From a virus, in the IMG/VR virus record IMGVR_UViG_3300002092_000032, positions 24,171 to 88,170 of that record: a DNA stretch of 64,000 nt, one strand, 5' to 3'. Each line of letters starts with the position of its first letter. Within the stretch, counting starts at the first letter, position 1. The notes under the pieces were generated by a model. That model searched no databases and was not told the origin of the DNA. It saw only the letters and a list, made by a program, of their open reading frames with translations. Position numbers and translations under genes: made by a program. Below are positions 1 to 9,700 of this stretch, one piece after another.

Positions 1-1094
1 ATAAATGATACGACCGGCTCGAAAGTAGTCGGATCAAGTACGACGCCAGAACTCATCAGAGGAATGTATGGGCAATAGAATGCCGCTGCATCAGTTTCTG
101 ATGAACCCTTGTAGCCTACGAGTACTGGCTGAGTGTCAGGTGAATAAGAGTTTACAAACACTCTCATTGCGCCATTCAGAGTACCAACAAACTTAGTATT
201 AGTTGGAGCTTCAAATGTACCTTCAGTTGTACGAGCGAATGCTGAAGTAGTTGCTGACTGAAGAACAGTCAACGAAGCTGGTGAAACAACAGCCCAGTTA
301 CCAGCACCACGACGAGTACGCTGTGCGATCAAGTTAGCAACACGATTGATGAGGACTGCAAGAGCAGCGTGTTCGTCACCAACGTATGTAGCAGTACCTG
401 AAACAGTTGCCTGATTGAAGGTGTACTCAGTAGAAGCAAGTGTTGAAAGTGACAGAAGAATTTCCTGGTCAATTTCAGCAGTGATTTCTTGAGCAAGTGC
501 TGCCATGATTTCTGCTTCAACGTCAATACCATGCTGTGACTGTGCGTCTTGTGCTGCTTCGAAAGTCCAACGAGCTTGGAGCTTACGAGACTTTGCTTCA
601 ACCGCTTGTCTCAGAATCTGTACGCTGATTTGCTTTCCGCCGTTACCTTCTAGGGTAGCAGTATCTGCACCAGTGTAATAGTTAGTTGATGTTGCACCAG
701 CTTGAACGCGGGAATATGCCTGTGCGATCTTGAATGGTGATAGTGCTTCTTCGCCTGCTTGCACGCTAGTTTGTGCTTGTGAGTTGTCTGTCAAGCTATT
801 TGCATAACGAACACGAAGGGTGTGAATCTGACCAACTGGGCCGGTCATTGGCTGAACACCAACAAGTTCGTTAGCGATAACAGTCGGCATAACACGACGA
901 ATTACTGGAAGAATAACGCGATTTAGTGTTGCGATGTTACCAGCTGTAGTTGTACCTGCTGAACTTTCAGCGAGTAGTTGCTTCTTGGTGTTTTCAAGGA
1001 TAACACCCATTGTTGAGCGGCGATTGCCCTTTAAGCCTTCAAGCAGAGCTTCTTTGGTCTCGCCCCAACGGCTTTCTAAAAGTTGTTTTGACAT
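1..1094 (-). CDS. gp23: Major capsid protein, T4 gp23-like (3' end runs off the window)
   Basis: Not in the ORF track because the stop codon is outside the window. ATG at 1094 after an AGGAG SD; reads MSKQLLESRWGETKEALLEGL...ILPVIRRVMPTVIANELVGVQPMTGPVGQIHTLRVRY, the gp23-family 'GVQPMTGP' motif. Lies directly downstream of the scaffold and protease genes. Confidence 0.95.
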   Translation of the reverse strand, partial: MSKQLLESRWGETKEALLEGLKGNRRSTMGVILENTKKQLLAESSAGTTTAGNIATLNRVILPVIRRVMPTVIANELVGVQPMTGPVGQIHTLRVRYANSLTDNSQAQTSVQAGEEALSPFKIAQAYSRVQAGATSTNYYTGADTATLEGNGGKQISVQILRQAVEAKSRKLQARWTFEAAQDAQSQHGIDVEAEIMAALAQEITAEIDQEILLSLSTLASTEYTFNQATVSGTATYVGDEHAALAVLINRVANLIAQRTRRGAGNWAVVSPASLTVLQSATTSAFARTTEGTFEAPTNTKFVGTLNGAMRVFVNSYSPDTQPVLVGYKGSSETDAAAFYCPYIPLMSSGVVLDPTTFEPVVSF

Positions 1095-1123
1095 TATTTA
1101 TAATCTCCTAATTTATGTCTATA

Positions 1124-2230
1124 TTAAAGCCCTGCAAGACGCTTGATATCGATAACGTTGTCTTTGTCTGACATATCGATTTCAGGTTGATTCTGTGCAG
1201 TTTTATTACCAGTCGCTTCTACAATAATGGATCCATTTGATCTGGCCTTTGCAGGCGTTGCATCTGAACCAGTATTAAGAACTGCTGGTAAATATTTGTC
1301 AAAAGCGGCCTGTAATTTGGGGGTTTGGACGCTTTCGAGTAAACTCTTCATCACTCCGGCTTTTTCCTCATTGAGAGTGGACAATAGATTACCTAGTGTC
1401 TGTTCACGTTGAGTTGATTCCTTGATGATTCTGACTTCACGATTCTTGCTTTCTACTAGCTTTGTTGCTTGTTGCAGCTTGCTATTAGCTTCGGCTAGTT
1501 GTTGATCCTTGTGTGCGAGTGCTCTCATTACCTTGCGGGTTTCTGCCTTATCATTAAGATAAGTCACAGAGAATTCACTTGCGAAAGATTCAAAAATTCT
1601 ACGACCGAAATTGTTTTGTCTTGCGACTTTGATGTCTTCTTTGAGTTGTGATAGTTCACCCTTTAGATGGGATGTGACGATATTGCTCACTCTTTTTGCA
1701 CTTTCAGCAACAAACTTGTTCTTGAGTGCTTCAATTTGCTTGCGACCTTCAGCAACTAATCTGACCTTTGCTTCCACTACTGCTTGTCTGTCTACTGCGA
1801 ATTCTTTGATTTCGCGAGATAGGGCGTGAACAATGAATTGTTCTAGCTTCTTCTGATTTTCCATTTGAACCTTGCGATCTCCACGGAGTTCTCTGATTTC
1901 TTCGGCTAGTTTAGTAACCATGAAGTCATTGAATTTTGTTGCGTTTTCACGTAGTTTTACTTGTGACTTTACGCGGTCGTTATTCATTGCTGCTCTTTCG
2001 TTCTGAAATTCTGCAATTTCTTCTGAAAGATTTTCTGTCATCATCTTGTCTAGGGCTTCTACCATGACGCTACGATCATGTTCGTAACGTTGTGCAAACT
2101 CTTCGTGGAGTTCTGCACGAACTTGAAGGCGAGCCTCATTCAACTTAGATTCCCAGGCTTCGTTAAGTTCTCTGCCTACGTCTTCGTTGATAAGTCCACT
2201 TTCAAGCAATGGTTTGATAGCATCTAGCAT
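1124..2230 (-). CDS. gp22: Prohead core scaffold protein, gp22-like
   Basis: 368 aa helical, Glu/Lys-rich coiled-coil protein with many L-x-E sites, in the T4 position between protease and capsid. Confidence 0.8.
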   Translation of the reverse strand: MLDAIKPLLESGLINEDVGRELNEAWESKLNEARLQVRAELHEEFAQRYEHDRSVMVEALDKMMTENLSEEIAEFQNERAAMNNDRVKSQVKLRENATKFNDFMVTKLAEEIRELRGDRKVQMENQKKLEQFIVHALSREIKEFAVDRQAVVEAKVRLVAEGRKQIEALKNKFVAESAKRVSNIVTSHLKGELSQLKEDIKVARQNNFGRRIFESFASEFSVTYLNDKAETRKVMRALAHKDQQLAEANSKLQQATKLVESKNREVRIIKESTQREQTLGNLLSTLNEEKAGVMKSLLESVQTPKLQAAFDKYLPAVLNTGSDATPAKARSNGSIIVEATGNKTAQNQPEIDMSDKDNVIDIKRLAGL

Positions 2231-2244
2231 ACCTTTAATCCTTT

Positions 2245-2883
2245 TTAAAGTTTTAATTCAGTGATGAGGCGTTTTACTTCCTCAGCTAAGTATTTTTGGA
2301 CTTTTTTATTGCCCTGAGCATCCTTAGCAATCTCTAATGCTTTATTTCCGTACTTCATATTCTGAAGTCCTTCATAAATTGCTTTGGGATATGCGTTTGG
2401 AGCACTCGGTTGAGCAACGATATCAACAGTGATTATTTCAAAATCACTGACTCGGCCATCCATATCATTAACGTTTCCGCTACCTCTACTAGATACACCG
2501 AGTTTCACTCCTGATTCCAACATTGTTCTTACGAGTTGACCCATTGGAGTCGGAAGAATTTTCAATTTCCCAAAACCGTTAGCACCATCCATCCACATAT
2601 GAGTGATCATATGAGATACACGGTCTAGATTGATTTTGAGATCATCCGGGTGATCAACTTCGCCCAGAACTGAGTAACCCTCATGAATTTGTTTATTGAG
2701 AGTTTCCACAGCGGTTTCAATTTCGCGGACGGGGTAAACACGCTCGTTTGCGTTTTTCACCCCGCCCTGTATGAAAATCCCCTTCATATACAGAGTTTTT
2801 AGACTGTCGTCGCCTTCTTTTACGGACTCAACAATCATCTCTGCCTTATCAAAGGTTAGATTCTCTCTAAGATACAAAGCCAT
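2245..2883 (-). CDS. gp21: Prohead protease, gp21-like
   Basis: Motifs GIFIQGGVKNANERVYP, GEVDHP (catalytic His) and GVSSRGSG (catalytic Ser) typical of T4 gp21. Confidence 0.93.
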   Translation of the reverse strand: MALYLRENLTFDKAEMIVESVKEGDDSLKTLYMKGIFIQGGVKNANERVYPVREIETAVETLNKQIHEGYSVLGEVDHPDDLKINLDRVSHMITHMWMDGANGFGKLKILPTPMGQLVRTMLESGVKLGVSSRGSGNVNDMDGRVSDFEIITVDIVAQPSAPNAYPKAIYEGLQNMKYGNKALEIAKDAQGNKKVQKYLAEEVKRLITELKL

Positions 2884-2903
2884 TTGTTCCCAGATCCCTT
2901 ATA

Positions 2904-3788
2904 TTATCTAATTGGCTTACGGGTAGTGCGACGGGATTCTGCAACTGGACTCTTGTCATTTGACGAACCGTCTTTAGTGACAGGCTTTGGTGTTGAGTCA
3001 CCCTTGTCCTTGAAGTTATTCTTGCCTGGAACGTTCTTGAAGTTACCTGCTCCTGGAAGATTGCCTTCGCTCTTTGAACCGTAATTGCTTGGCTTCTTAG
3101 GACTTGTTGGAACTGCTTCTGAGTGACCAGAGAATCTTACTGGTCTGCTGTCCATTCCTGCTTGTCCTGAATTTGCTGTCTTGCCGATTGGGCTTCTTGT
3201 CTGCACGCCGTTGTCGCCGTGAGTTACCGGAACCTTATGAAGAGCGATGTTTTCCATCATCATGTCTTCGTCCATCTCGTCTTCGTCACCTTCATCACCG
3301 AAATCATCGCCGCCCATGTCGTCCATACCGTCGTCCATGTCGTCCATACCGTCGTCCATGTCGTCGCCTTCTCCGCCACCCATGATGTCTTCAAATTCAG
3401 CCATCAATTGGTCAAGCTTGTCTTCAATGCGGATTACTGCATCTTCAATTTCTTCATGCTCTTCACCTTCATCACCCATATCATCGTGATCTACTTCAAG
3501 GTCGTGAGTTAGTTCATCACCGTCATCTTCGGCTTCGTCGTCAAATTCAATGTCAGCTTCGTCTTCGTCATCTTCCATTACACCTGATTCTTCAGCGTTG
3601 ATCTCGTCAAGCAGATCGCCTGTTTGACCGCCCATACCTTCTTCCATATCGTCCATTTCTTCAGCCATAATTGACTCAAAAATTTCGCGTGACTTTTCAA
3701 CAACGATTTCGTGGAAGAGTTCGTGTGCTTGATCAATATCCTCGTTTACAACGAGATTGATTAACTTTTCATACTTCTTAATGTCCAT
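2904..3788 (-). CDS. Highly acidic prohead core / internal protein (positional analogue of T4 gp67/gp68)
   Basis: 294 aa with an Asp/Glu/Met-rich N-terminal two thirds and a basic Pro/Gly C-terminus; AGGAG SD; lies between portal and protease. Confidence 0.6.
   Translation of the reverse strand: MDIKKYEKLINLVVNEDIDQAHELFHEIVVEKSREIFESIMAEEMDDMEEGMGGQTGDLLDEINAEESGVMEDDEDEADIEFDDEAEDDGDELTHDLEVDHDDMGDEGEEHEEIEDAVIRIEDKLDQLMAEFEDIMGGGEGDDMDDGMDDMDDGMDDMGGDDFGDEGDEDEMDEDMMMENIALHKVPVTHGDNGVQTRSPIGKTANSGQAGMDSRPVRFSGHSEAVPTSPKKPSNYGSKSEGNLPGAGNFKNVPGKNNFKDKGDSTPKPVTKDGSSNDKSPVAESRRTTRKPIR
3314..3365. repeat. 21-bp tandem repeat (about 2.5 copies) encoding DDMDDGM
   Basis: Unit CCATGTCGTCCATACCGTCGT at 3314 and 3335, partial copy at 3356. 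Confidence 0.9.
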
Positions 3789-3824
3789 TAATTTTCTCCT
3801 GATAGTAAATGGCTTCGTATATCA

Positions 3825-3832
3825 TACTTATT
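3825..3832 (-). promoter_or_regulatory. Possible variant late promoter (AATAAGTA) for core/gp21/gp22/gp23
   Basis: The only TAAATA-like motif seen in the intergenic region upstream of the 294-aa gene; one mismatch to the local consensus. Confidence 0.35.
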
Positions 3833-3888
3833 CGGCAAGACAAAAAACACCGTATTAAGTATGTATTTTTTACAGTTTTAGTTTGACA

Positions 3889-3896
3889 TATAAATA
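3889..3896 (+). promoter_or_regulatory. T4-type late promoter TATAAATA
   Basis: Exact T4 late consensus, followed by an AGGAG SD (3901) and ATG (3913). Confidence 0.7.
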
Positions 3897-3912
3897 TTAT
3901 AGGAGAAATTGC

Positions 3913-4668
3913 ATGAACATTTTAATTATCGGTGATAGTTGGGGACAATCTTTGACATTAGGACAGGATTTGACACAAGGAATTGGAAACGGTGTTAAGC
4001 GTGATACCAACGATCCGGGTTGGAAGGAGACCTGGATGGAATTTGATCTTATGTCTAAAGGACACAATGTTTACAATCGTTCAAAGTATGGAAGTAAGAA
4101 TAGTTCCGCATTAGCAGATTGCGAAGTGTTCTTGAATGAGACTCGTGATATCTTTAAGACAGATTTAATAATTTGGTTTTACACTTCTCTATTCAGAGAC
4201 GGTGAATATTTCGGAAAAGCAAGAGATATTCTAGGTAAAGCCCGGGGTCGTCCGGCTTATGATACCCTTCTTCAATTGACATCTAACGAGATATCAGACT
4301 ATGCCGTAAACATCAAAAATTCATATCCTGATGTGAAGTGGGCTATCATAGGAGGTCATGCTCCTATCCATGATTCTGAAAAATATGATTGGGCTGATTT
4401 TAAGATTGATGATTGGAGATCAGAATTAGTGGGAGAGAATGTTCCTGTAACACAAATCTGGGGCTGGATTTATAGGCATCCAGTCAGATTAGTTGACCTA
4501 AAAGATATTTTTGGAAGTGAGGTCATCCTAGAAGAAATAGAGAAACAGGATGTGATCAATAAGATTGCAACAGAAAGAACCGAGTTGTTCTTTGATAAGA
4601 TGCATGTGAAATCAACATACAACCGAGATTTAGGTGTTAGAATACTGCGTGAGCTAGGGCTTGAGTAG
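3913..4668 (+). CDS. SGNH/GDSL-like hydrolase or acyltransferase, inverted within the head operon
   Basis: Start moved to the ATG after the AGGAG SD. N-terminal LIIGDSW (GDS nucleophile motif) and C-terminal DKMH (D-x-x-H). Confidence 0.55.
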   Translation: MNILIIGDSWGQSLTLGQDLTQGIGNGVKRDTNDPGWKETWMEFDLMSKGHNVYNRSKYGSKNSSALADCEVFLNETRDIFKTDLIIWFYTSLFRDGEYFGKARDILGKARGRPAYDTLLQLTSNEISDYAVNIKNSYPDVKWAIIGGHAPIHDSEKYDWADFKIDDWRSELVGENVPVTQIWGWIYRHPVRLVDLKDIFGSEVILEEIEKQDVINKIATERTELFFDKMHVKSTYNRDLGVRILRELGLE

Positions 4669-4670
4669 CC

Positions 4671-4901
4671 TTACATGCCAGGAGTAACCGCTTCAGGTTT
4701 GGCACCATACTGTTCGCGGACCCTATCTAGATACAACTTCTTTTCATAGTTGCGAACATCTAACATTTTTCTGAGTTTACGAATCTGCTTCAGCGTTAAC
4801 TTAGTCTTACGGGATGTTCTATACACAGGTTTGCTATTGTCATCATTGACATCTTGCAACCCTATGATAGGTTCGTTGAACATCTCTAGTAACAACATCA
4901 A
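4671..4901 (-). CDS. Small basic head-module protein
   Basis: 76 aa directly downstream of the portal gene; GGAG SD; GATAAATA motif upstream (4916-4923). The start may be the ATG at 4898. Confidence 0.7.
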   Translation of the reverse strand: MMLLLEMFNEPIIGLQDVNDDNSKPVYRTSRKTKLTLKQIRKLRKMLDVRNYEKKLYLDRVREQYGAKPEAVTPGM

Positions 4902-4924
4902 TTCGCTCCGTAATGTATTTATCT

Positions 4925-6727
4925 TTAGAATTGCATTGGGCTGCCGCCAACTTGGCCACCACCACCGCCTGCATTCGGCGAAGATGCTACGTCACCGACT
5001 GGACCAGCAGCGGATCCTAGTTCTCCTTCAGGTCCCTCTTCAGAACCTTCAATGTTATCTGCTGTTTCACCGTCCGCATCAAAGTCACCAGTAGATATAC
5101 CAATATTTCGCAGGTCAGATCCTTTAGGATCCTGAGTGACTTCTTTCTTGTTTTCTTCTTCCCACATCTTTTCGTTCTTCTTGATCTCTTCTTCGTTGAG
5201 ACCCAAGAATCTCTCAAGTGCAAATCTCTTTGAGATGTATGGGAATGCTTCCATTGATTGGAATGTAGCTACTCTTGCAGTGTCCATCTCTGCTTGACGA
5301 TATGAAGCAAAGTTCTGTGGTGGATTGAAATTGAGATTGAATAGGGCAGTGTCAATGTTAAACCCTCTCCAACGGAGGAATAGTTTGAACTCTTCATCTA
5401 GCTTCAGTGCGATATAATTCTGCAAGCGTTCGCAATACTGATTGAATCGGAACTCTTGAATCATCGCGGTGCCAACGCGACCGTCATTCATAGGAGTCGT
5501 ATTGTCATCGGGGCCAGTTGGCAGATAAGAAGATGGGACCCGGAGACCACGAGCAAGACGATTGTTGAAATACTTCAAGTCATCAATCTCTCCGAGATTC
5601 TGTCCACCAGGAAGAACTTCAACCGATGATCCACGACCTTCTGCTGTCACGGGGAAGAAATAATCTTCGTTCATGCTCAGTGGGTTATATGTAGCATCAA
5701 CTACTGATTGCCCACCATACAGCGAAGGGATTCTACGCTGGTGAATCTCGTTCTTTACGCGATCAACAAATGCCATAGCCATGTGAGATGGCATGTTACC
5801 AACGTCAATCTTGAACATTCTGCGTTCTGGTGCACGTTGCACCCGATAGATGAGAACCGCATCTTCTAGAAGTTCTTTCTGCTTATAGACTTTAAAGATG
5901 TTTTCAAGAATAGATTGTCCGAAAGGCCAGAATCTATCAAGACCTTCAGTTAATGATAGGTGAACGATATGCTTTGCATCAACTGCTGATTCAGATTGTC
6001 CTAGAGTGAATCGTGAACCAGAAGTATTATAAGGCATTGACGGAGTAGTGTAGGGTGCGGCTCCTCCCCCACCAGAACCACCTAATCCAGTTGCTGGGTT
6101 AGCAGCAAAATCAGTATTGGTTTTTTGTGCTACTGATAGATTCTGTAGGTTGATATTGATGTCCTTGATGACATACTGCTCCGGCTTCTTGCCTTCAGAC
6201 TCATTGACGATGACCTTGATGACTTTAACCATGTCAACCCAATAGAGTTTGAAATTTTCTGGGTCACGAACAAATACTTGGTCACCAAACTTGATGACAT
6301 TTCTAAAGATTTTGAACATACGCACATCAAATTCATTCAACTTGCACCACTGATGTAGTTGCTTACCTAGCAACTCTACTTCGTGTGGAGTAGGTTCTTC
6401 TTTGAATTCAAATGCGAATGGTGTCTTATTGTGTTCATTTCTCTGCGTAGAGAACTCTGAGATGATGTCTAAGCAAGCATTGATTTCAGCATCAACATCC
6501 ATCATCTCGTATTGGTTATATCGTTCAATTCTGTTTGGGTGACCAGTGTAGACTTCAGGAAGCCTAGACATATAGTTCTTATAGCCAAATTCTGTATTAC
6601 TCCAGCCACCTGTAGGTTCTCCGTTCTGTCCAGGAGAACCATTCCAGGCTCCAGCATTGCTGTTCATGCCCGAGATAGGACTTGAAACACCGCTCTTGTT
6701 TAAGAATTTTTTTCTATGTGTAGTCAT
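4925..6727 (-). CDS. gp20: Portal protein, gp20-like
   Basis: LLEDAVLIYRVQRAPERRMFKIDVGNMP, SMNEDYFFP, EVLPGGQNLGEIDDLKYF and ARGLRVPSSYL are gp20-family motifs. Confidence 0.96.
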   Translation of the reverse strand: MTTHRKKFLNKSGVSSPISGMNSNAGAWNGSPGQNGEPTGGWSNTEFGYKNYMSRLPEVYTGHPNRIERYNQYEMMDVDAEINACLDIISEFSTQRNEHNKTPFAFEFKEEPTPHEVELLGKQLHQWCKLNEFDVRMFKIFRNVIKFGDQVFVRDPENFKLYWVDMVKVIKVIVNESEGKKPEQYVIKDININLQNLSVAQKTNTDFAANPATGLGGSGGGGAAPYTTPSMPYNTSGSRFTLGQSESAVDAKHIVHLSLTEGLDRFWPFGQSILENIFKVYKQKELLEDAVLIYRVQRAPERRMFKIDVGNMPSHMAMAFVDRVKNEIHQRRIPSLYGGQSVVDATYNPLSMNEDYFFPVTAEGRGSSVEVLPGGQNLGEIDDLKYFNNRLARGLRVPSSYLPTGPDDNTTPMNDGRVGTAMIQEFRFNQYCERLQNYIALKLDEEFKLFLRWRGFNIDTALFNLNFNPPQNFASYRQAEMDTARVATFQSMEAFPYISKRFALERFLGLNEEEIKKNEKMWEEENKKEVTQDPKGSDLRNIGISTGDFDADGETADNIEGSEEGPEGELGSAAGPVGDVASSPNAGGGGGQVGGSPMQF

Positions 6728-6750
6728 GTTAACCGATACTCTGAATATAG

Positions 6751-6758
6751 TATTTAGT
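6751..6758 (-). promoter_or_regulatory. Late promoter motif ACTAAATA upstream of portal
   Basis: Plus-strand TATTTAGT at 6751-6758, in the short gap between the tape measure and portal genes. Confidence 0.6.
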
Positions 6759-6759
6759 A

Positions 6760-9700
6760 TTAGACCATTGATTGGCGTAATATCTTGTTTTGTGTGCTAT
6801 GAGTGTTTTCTAACACATGTATGACAGAATCTAACTTATGTGACAGCATTTTCATCGTGTCTTGGTGCAGGCCCATAACTTGTTTCATTGAATTGTCCAC
6901 TGGATGCTGCGTAGAATTAGTAGCATGATCTAACATGCCTTTACTTTCTGGTGCATTAGCAGGAGTCTTAGCTAATTTCATCAGTATTGAATCTGCATTT
7001 AGTGGTGCAATCATCTCTCTACCGTGAAGTTCTACTGGATAACCTGATGTAGGACCGTCAAACATCCCGCCGTTTCTTGCTTTAAGCTTGCTTCCTTGAC
7101 GAATCAAGTCAACTGTTCTGGCTGCTCGCCCGCCTACTTGTTTATACCATAAACTATGTTCGAGTCCAGCAGCCGCCCCTTCAGCATCTCCTGCTTCTAA
7201 GGCTTTAGCAGTATTATGCCACTTTTTGTACCAAGCAGGTCCCATGTTGAAAGTCAAGTCTATTAATCCTGCTTTACCCTTTTCGTTCATTTTATCAAAA
7301 CCAGGGATTCTAGCGGCGGCAGCGGCATGTTTATCATAGTCTTGCTTGAACATTGCCTGAATTTCTTTTTGAGAGAATTCTCTATTCATTTCAGGAGGAA
7401 GTGATTTACCGTTACCAATCAAATGACCTACACCTATAGTCCAAAGTCCCAAACTATCTTTGTAAGGTCGTGTTCTTACGCCTTCGTTACCTGCGATCAT
7501 ATCCATGATCCAATTGCCCATTGAACCTAATGCAGTTGACGCAAATTTACCCGCTCCTGATGCGGCACCTGCTCCTAATTTACCTAAGTTAGCCATAGCA
7601 GCAGAACTTGTCGAGCCAGCTTCACTCCCTGCCCTTTCGGCAAAATTAGAAACATTTTTAATTGCTGCTCCGGCAAAATTGCTTGCAGAACTTGATATAT
7701 TTTTTACTAATGAACTAAAACTTTTGCTATCTGCTGGTGGCGGTGCTGTCCCGCCTCCGCCGCCTCCGCCGCCGCCGCCCCCACTGCTGCCACTGCTGCC
7801 AGCCATTGATCCGGAACGACTAGTTGAAGCAGACAGAATTGCGGATAGCAGTCCATTAGATATGCCTATGCCTTTAGCTATTTCAGATAGTTTCTTTAAA
7901 CTTAGCGTTGTAGGATCCGATGGATTGTTAGCATCTATCTTAGGTGTTAAATGAGAGCCAGAGTCCGGTGCTTCTCCTGTTGCTGTGGGTTTTGCGGCGC
8001 CGGGTTTTCCACCGAATATCTTTCCTCCGACGGCTGAACCTATTTTGTTGCCTCCCATATAACCTAGGGCTCCTCCGGCAAGTCCTCCTACTAAAGAAGC
8101 TCCACCAAAGGTAAAAGGATCTAATGCTAATGCTAGTGGATTACCTGCGCCTAGTGCTGCTCCAGCAAGACCACCAGCAATCCCGCCAGCAGATCCTGTA
8201 AGATTTTTTCCAGTTAGTTCTTTTTTTCCGGATGCATAATCTATTGCTTCTAGACCGGCCATGCCGATCACGCCAGCATGTTTACCTAGCATTCCGCCGG
8301 CTTTACCTAGCATTCCGCCGGCTTTACCTAGCATTCCGCCGGCTTTACCTAGCATTCCTCCTCCGCCTAGCATTCCGCCGGCTTTACCTAATAGTCCAGC
8401 ACCACCTATTCCGCTTAAAGCAAGTGCTGCTGCTCCGGCAGCACCTGTTAGTAGTACAAATCCTGCTAAAAGACCATCCATTGTTATTTTAATGGATCTT
8501 TCTACCGTAGTTAAGAAATTTCTTGTATCTTGTCGCGGATCTGTGGCGACGGGTCCTTTACCTGCTTTATTTTTAGCTAGTTTTTCTGCTTCATCTTGTG
8601 CAGCCTGAACTCTATTCATCCCATTCATAGCTTGTGCTTGTCTGGTATTAGAATCACCCATATACTTTTCATTTGATCCTATAGTTTGCACAAACTTATC
8701 TGACAAAGCAAGAGCCGAACCTCCCATATCCATCAGATGACCCATACCTTTGTCATATGCATCAGTGAGTTGACCTTGTTTATAACTACCGTCTTTAGCT
8801 GCATCTGCCATTTTTCTAATGTCAAGTCCTGCAACTGCATATCCGGCACCTGCTTTAGTTATAGCACCAGTAAGATAGGTCGTCGCTGCTGCTGCGGCCA
8901 TTGCAGGTCCGCCAGCAGCCTGTGCGTCGTCCATCATCTTATTGGCAGCAGCCCGCTGCATATCAATTCGTTTTACTGCGGCATCATCACCCCTTGCAAG
9001 TGCAGCTTGCCTATCAGTTGCCCATTTGTGTTCTTGAATTTTCCATGCCACATTAGCACGAGCAATTTCTTGCTCTTTTTTGTTTTCTTCAATAGATTTT
9101 CCGGTGATTACACTAAGCTTGATTAAATTTTCAGTGTATTCTTGGGAACCGGCCTGTAAAGATGCTGAAGTTAGCTGGTCTTTAGCCAGCATTGCTCCTG
9201 AACTTCTTTGGAGTTGTATGTAATCAGCAGTTGCTTGGATTCGTTTTTCGTCATCAAATCCTAATCTTTGAAAAGCTTGGCGAGTTTCGTTACTAACGCT
9301 GTTCATAGCGGCAAAGTTTTTTACCGAATCTTCCATAGTTCCACCGAGAGTCTGTAACCCTCCGTGCATACTTTGCATAGGTTTCGTGAGTTTGCCTAAT
9401 TCAGTAGAAGTCAACCCTACCGAATGGCCCATCTGCTGTAATTGGTCAGTCGTGAATGTTCCAGCTGCGCCCATCTGACTGATATCATCAGATGTCTTTA
9501 AGAGTGCATCAGATTGCTTATTGAGTGCTCCTGCAAGCGAAGTGAAGCCTTTTATAACTAGTCCAATGATTACACCTTCTGGCCCAAACATTGCACCGAA
9601 TGAAAGTGCAGCATCACCTGCTTTAGATAGACTATCGTTGTATTTTGCGAAAGAACCACCGCCCTCATTTACTGCCTTCGCAAAACTAGTAATTGCACCG

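Noticed and set aside
1095-1102. Exact TATAAATA directly upstream of the capsid ATG
   Set aside because: It lies between the AGGAG SD and the start codon, so a transcript from it would lose the SD; more likely an AT-rich spacer.
3314-3365. DDMDDGM repeat as a functional element
   Set aside because: Short slippage repeat in an already low-complexity acidic region; kept as a feature only.
3883-3888. TTGACA -35 box and TTG start used by the ORF track
   Set aside because: No -10 at 16-18 bp spacing; the SD-supported ATG at 3913 is the better start.
8281-8390. CRISPR-like array
   Set aside because: The repeats are contiguous, spacer-less and in frame within a CDS. No CRISPR array or cas gene was seen in the window.
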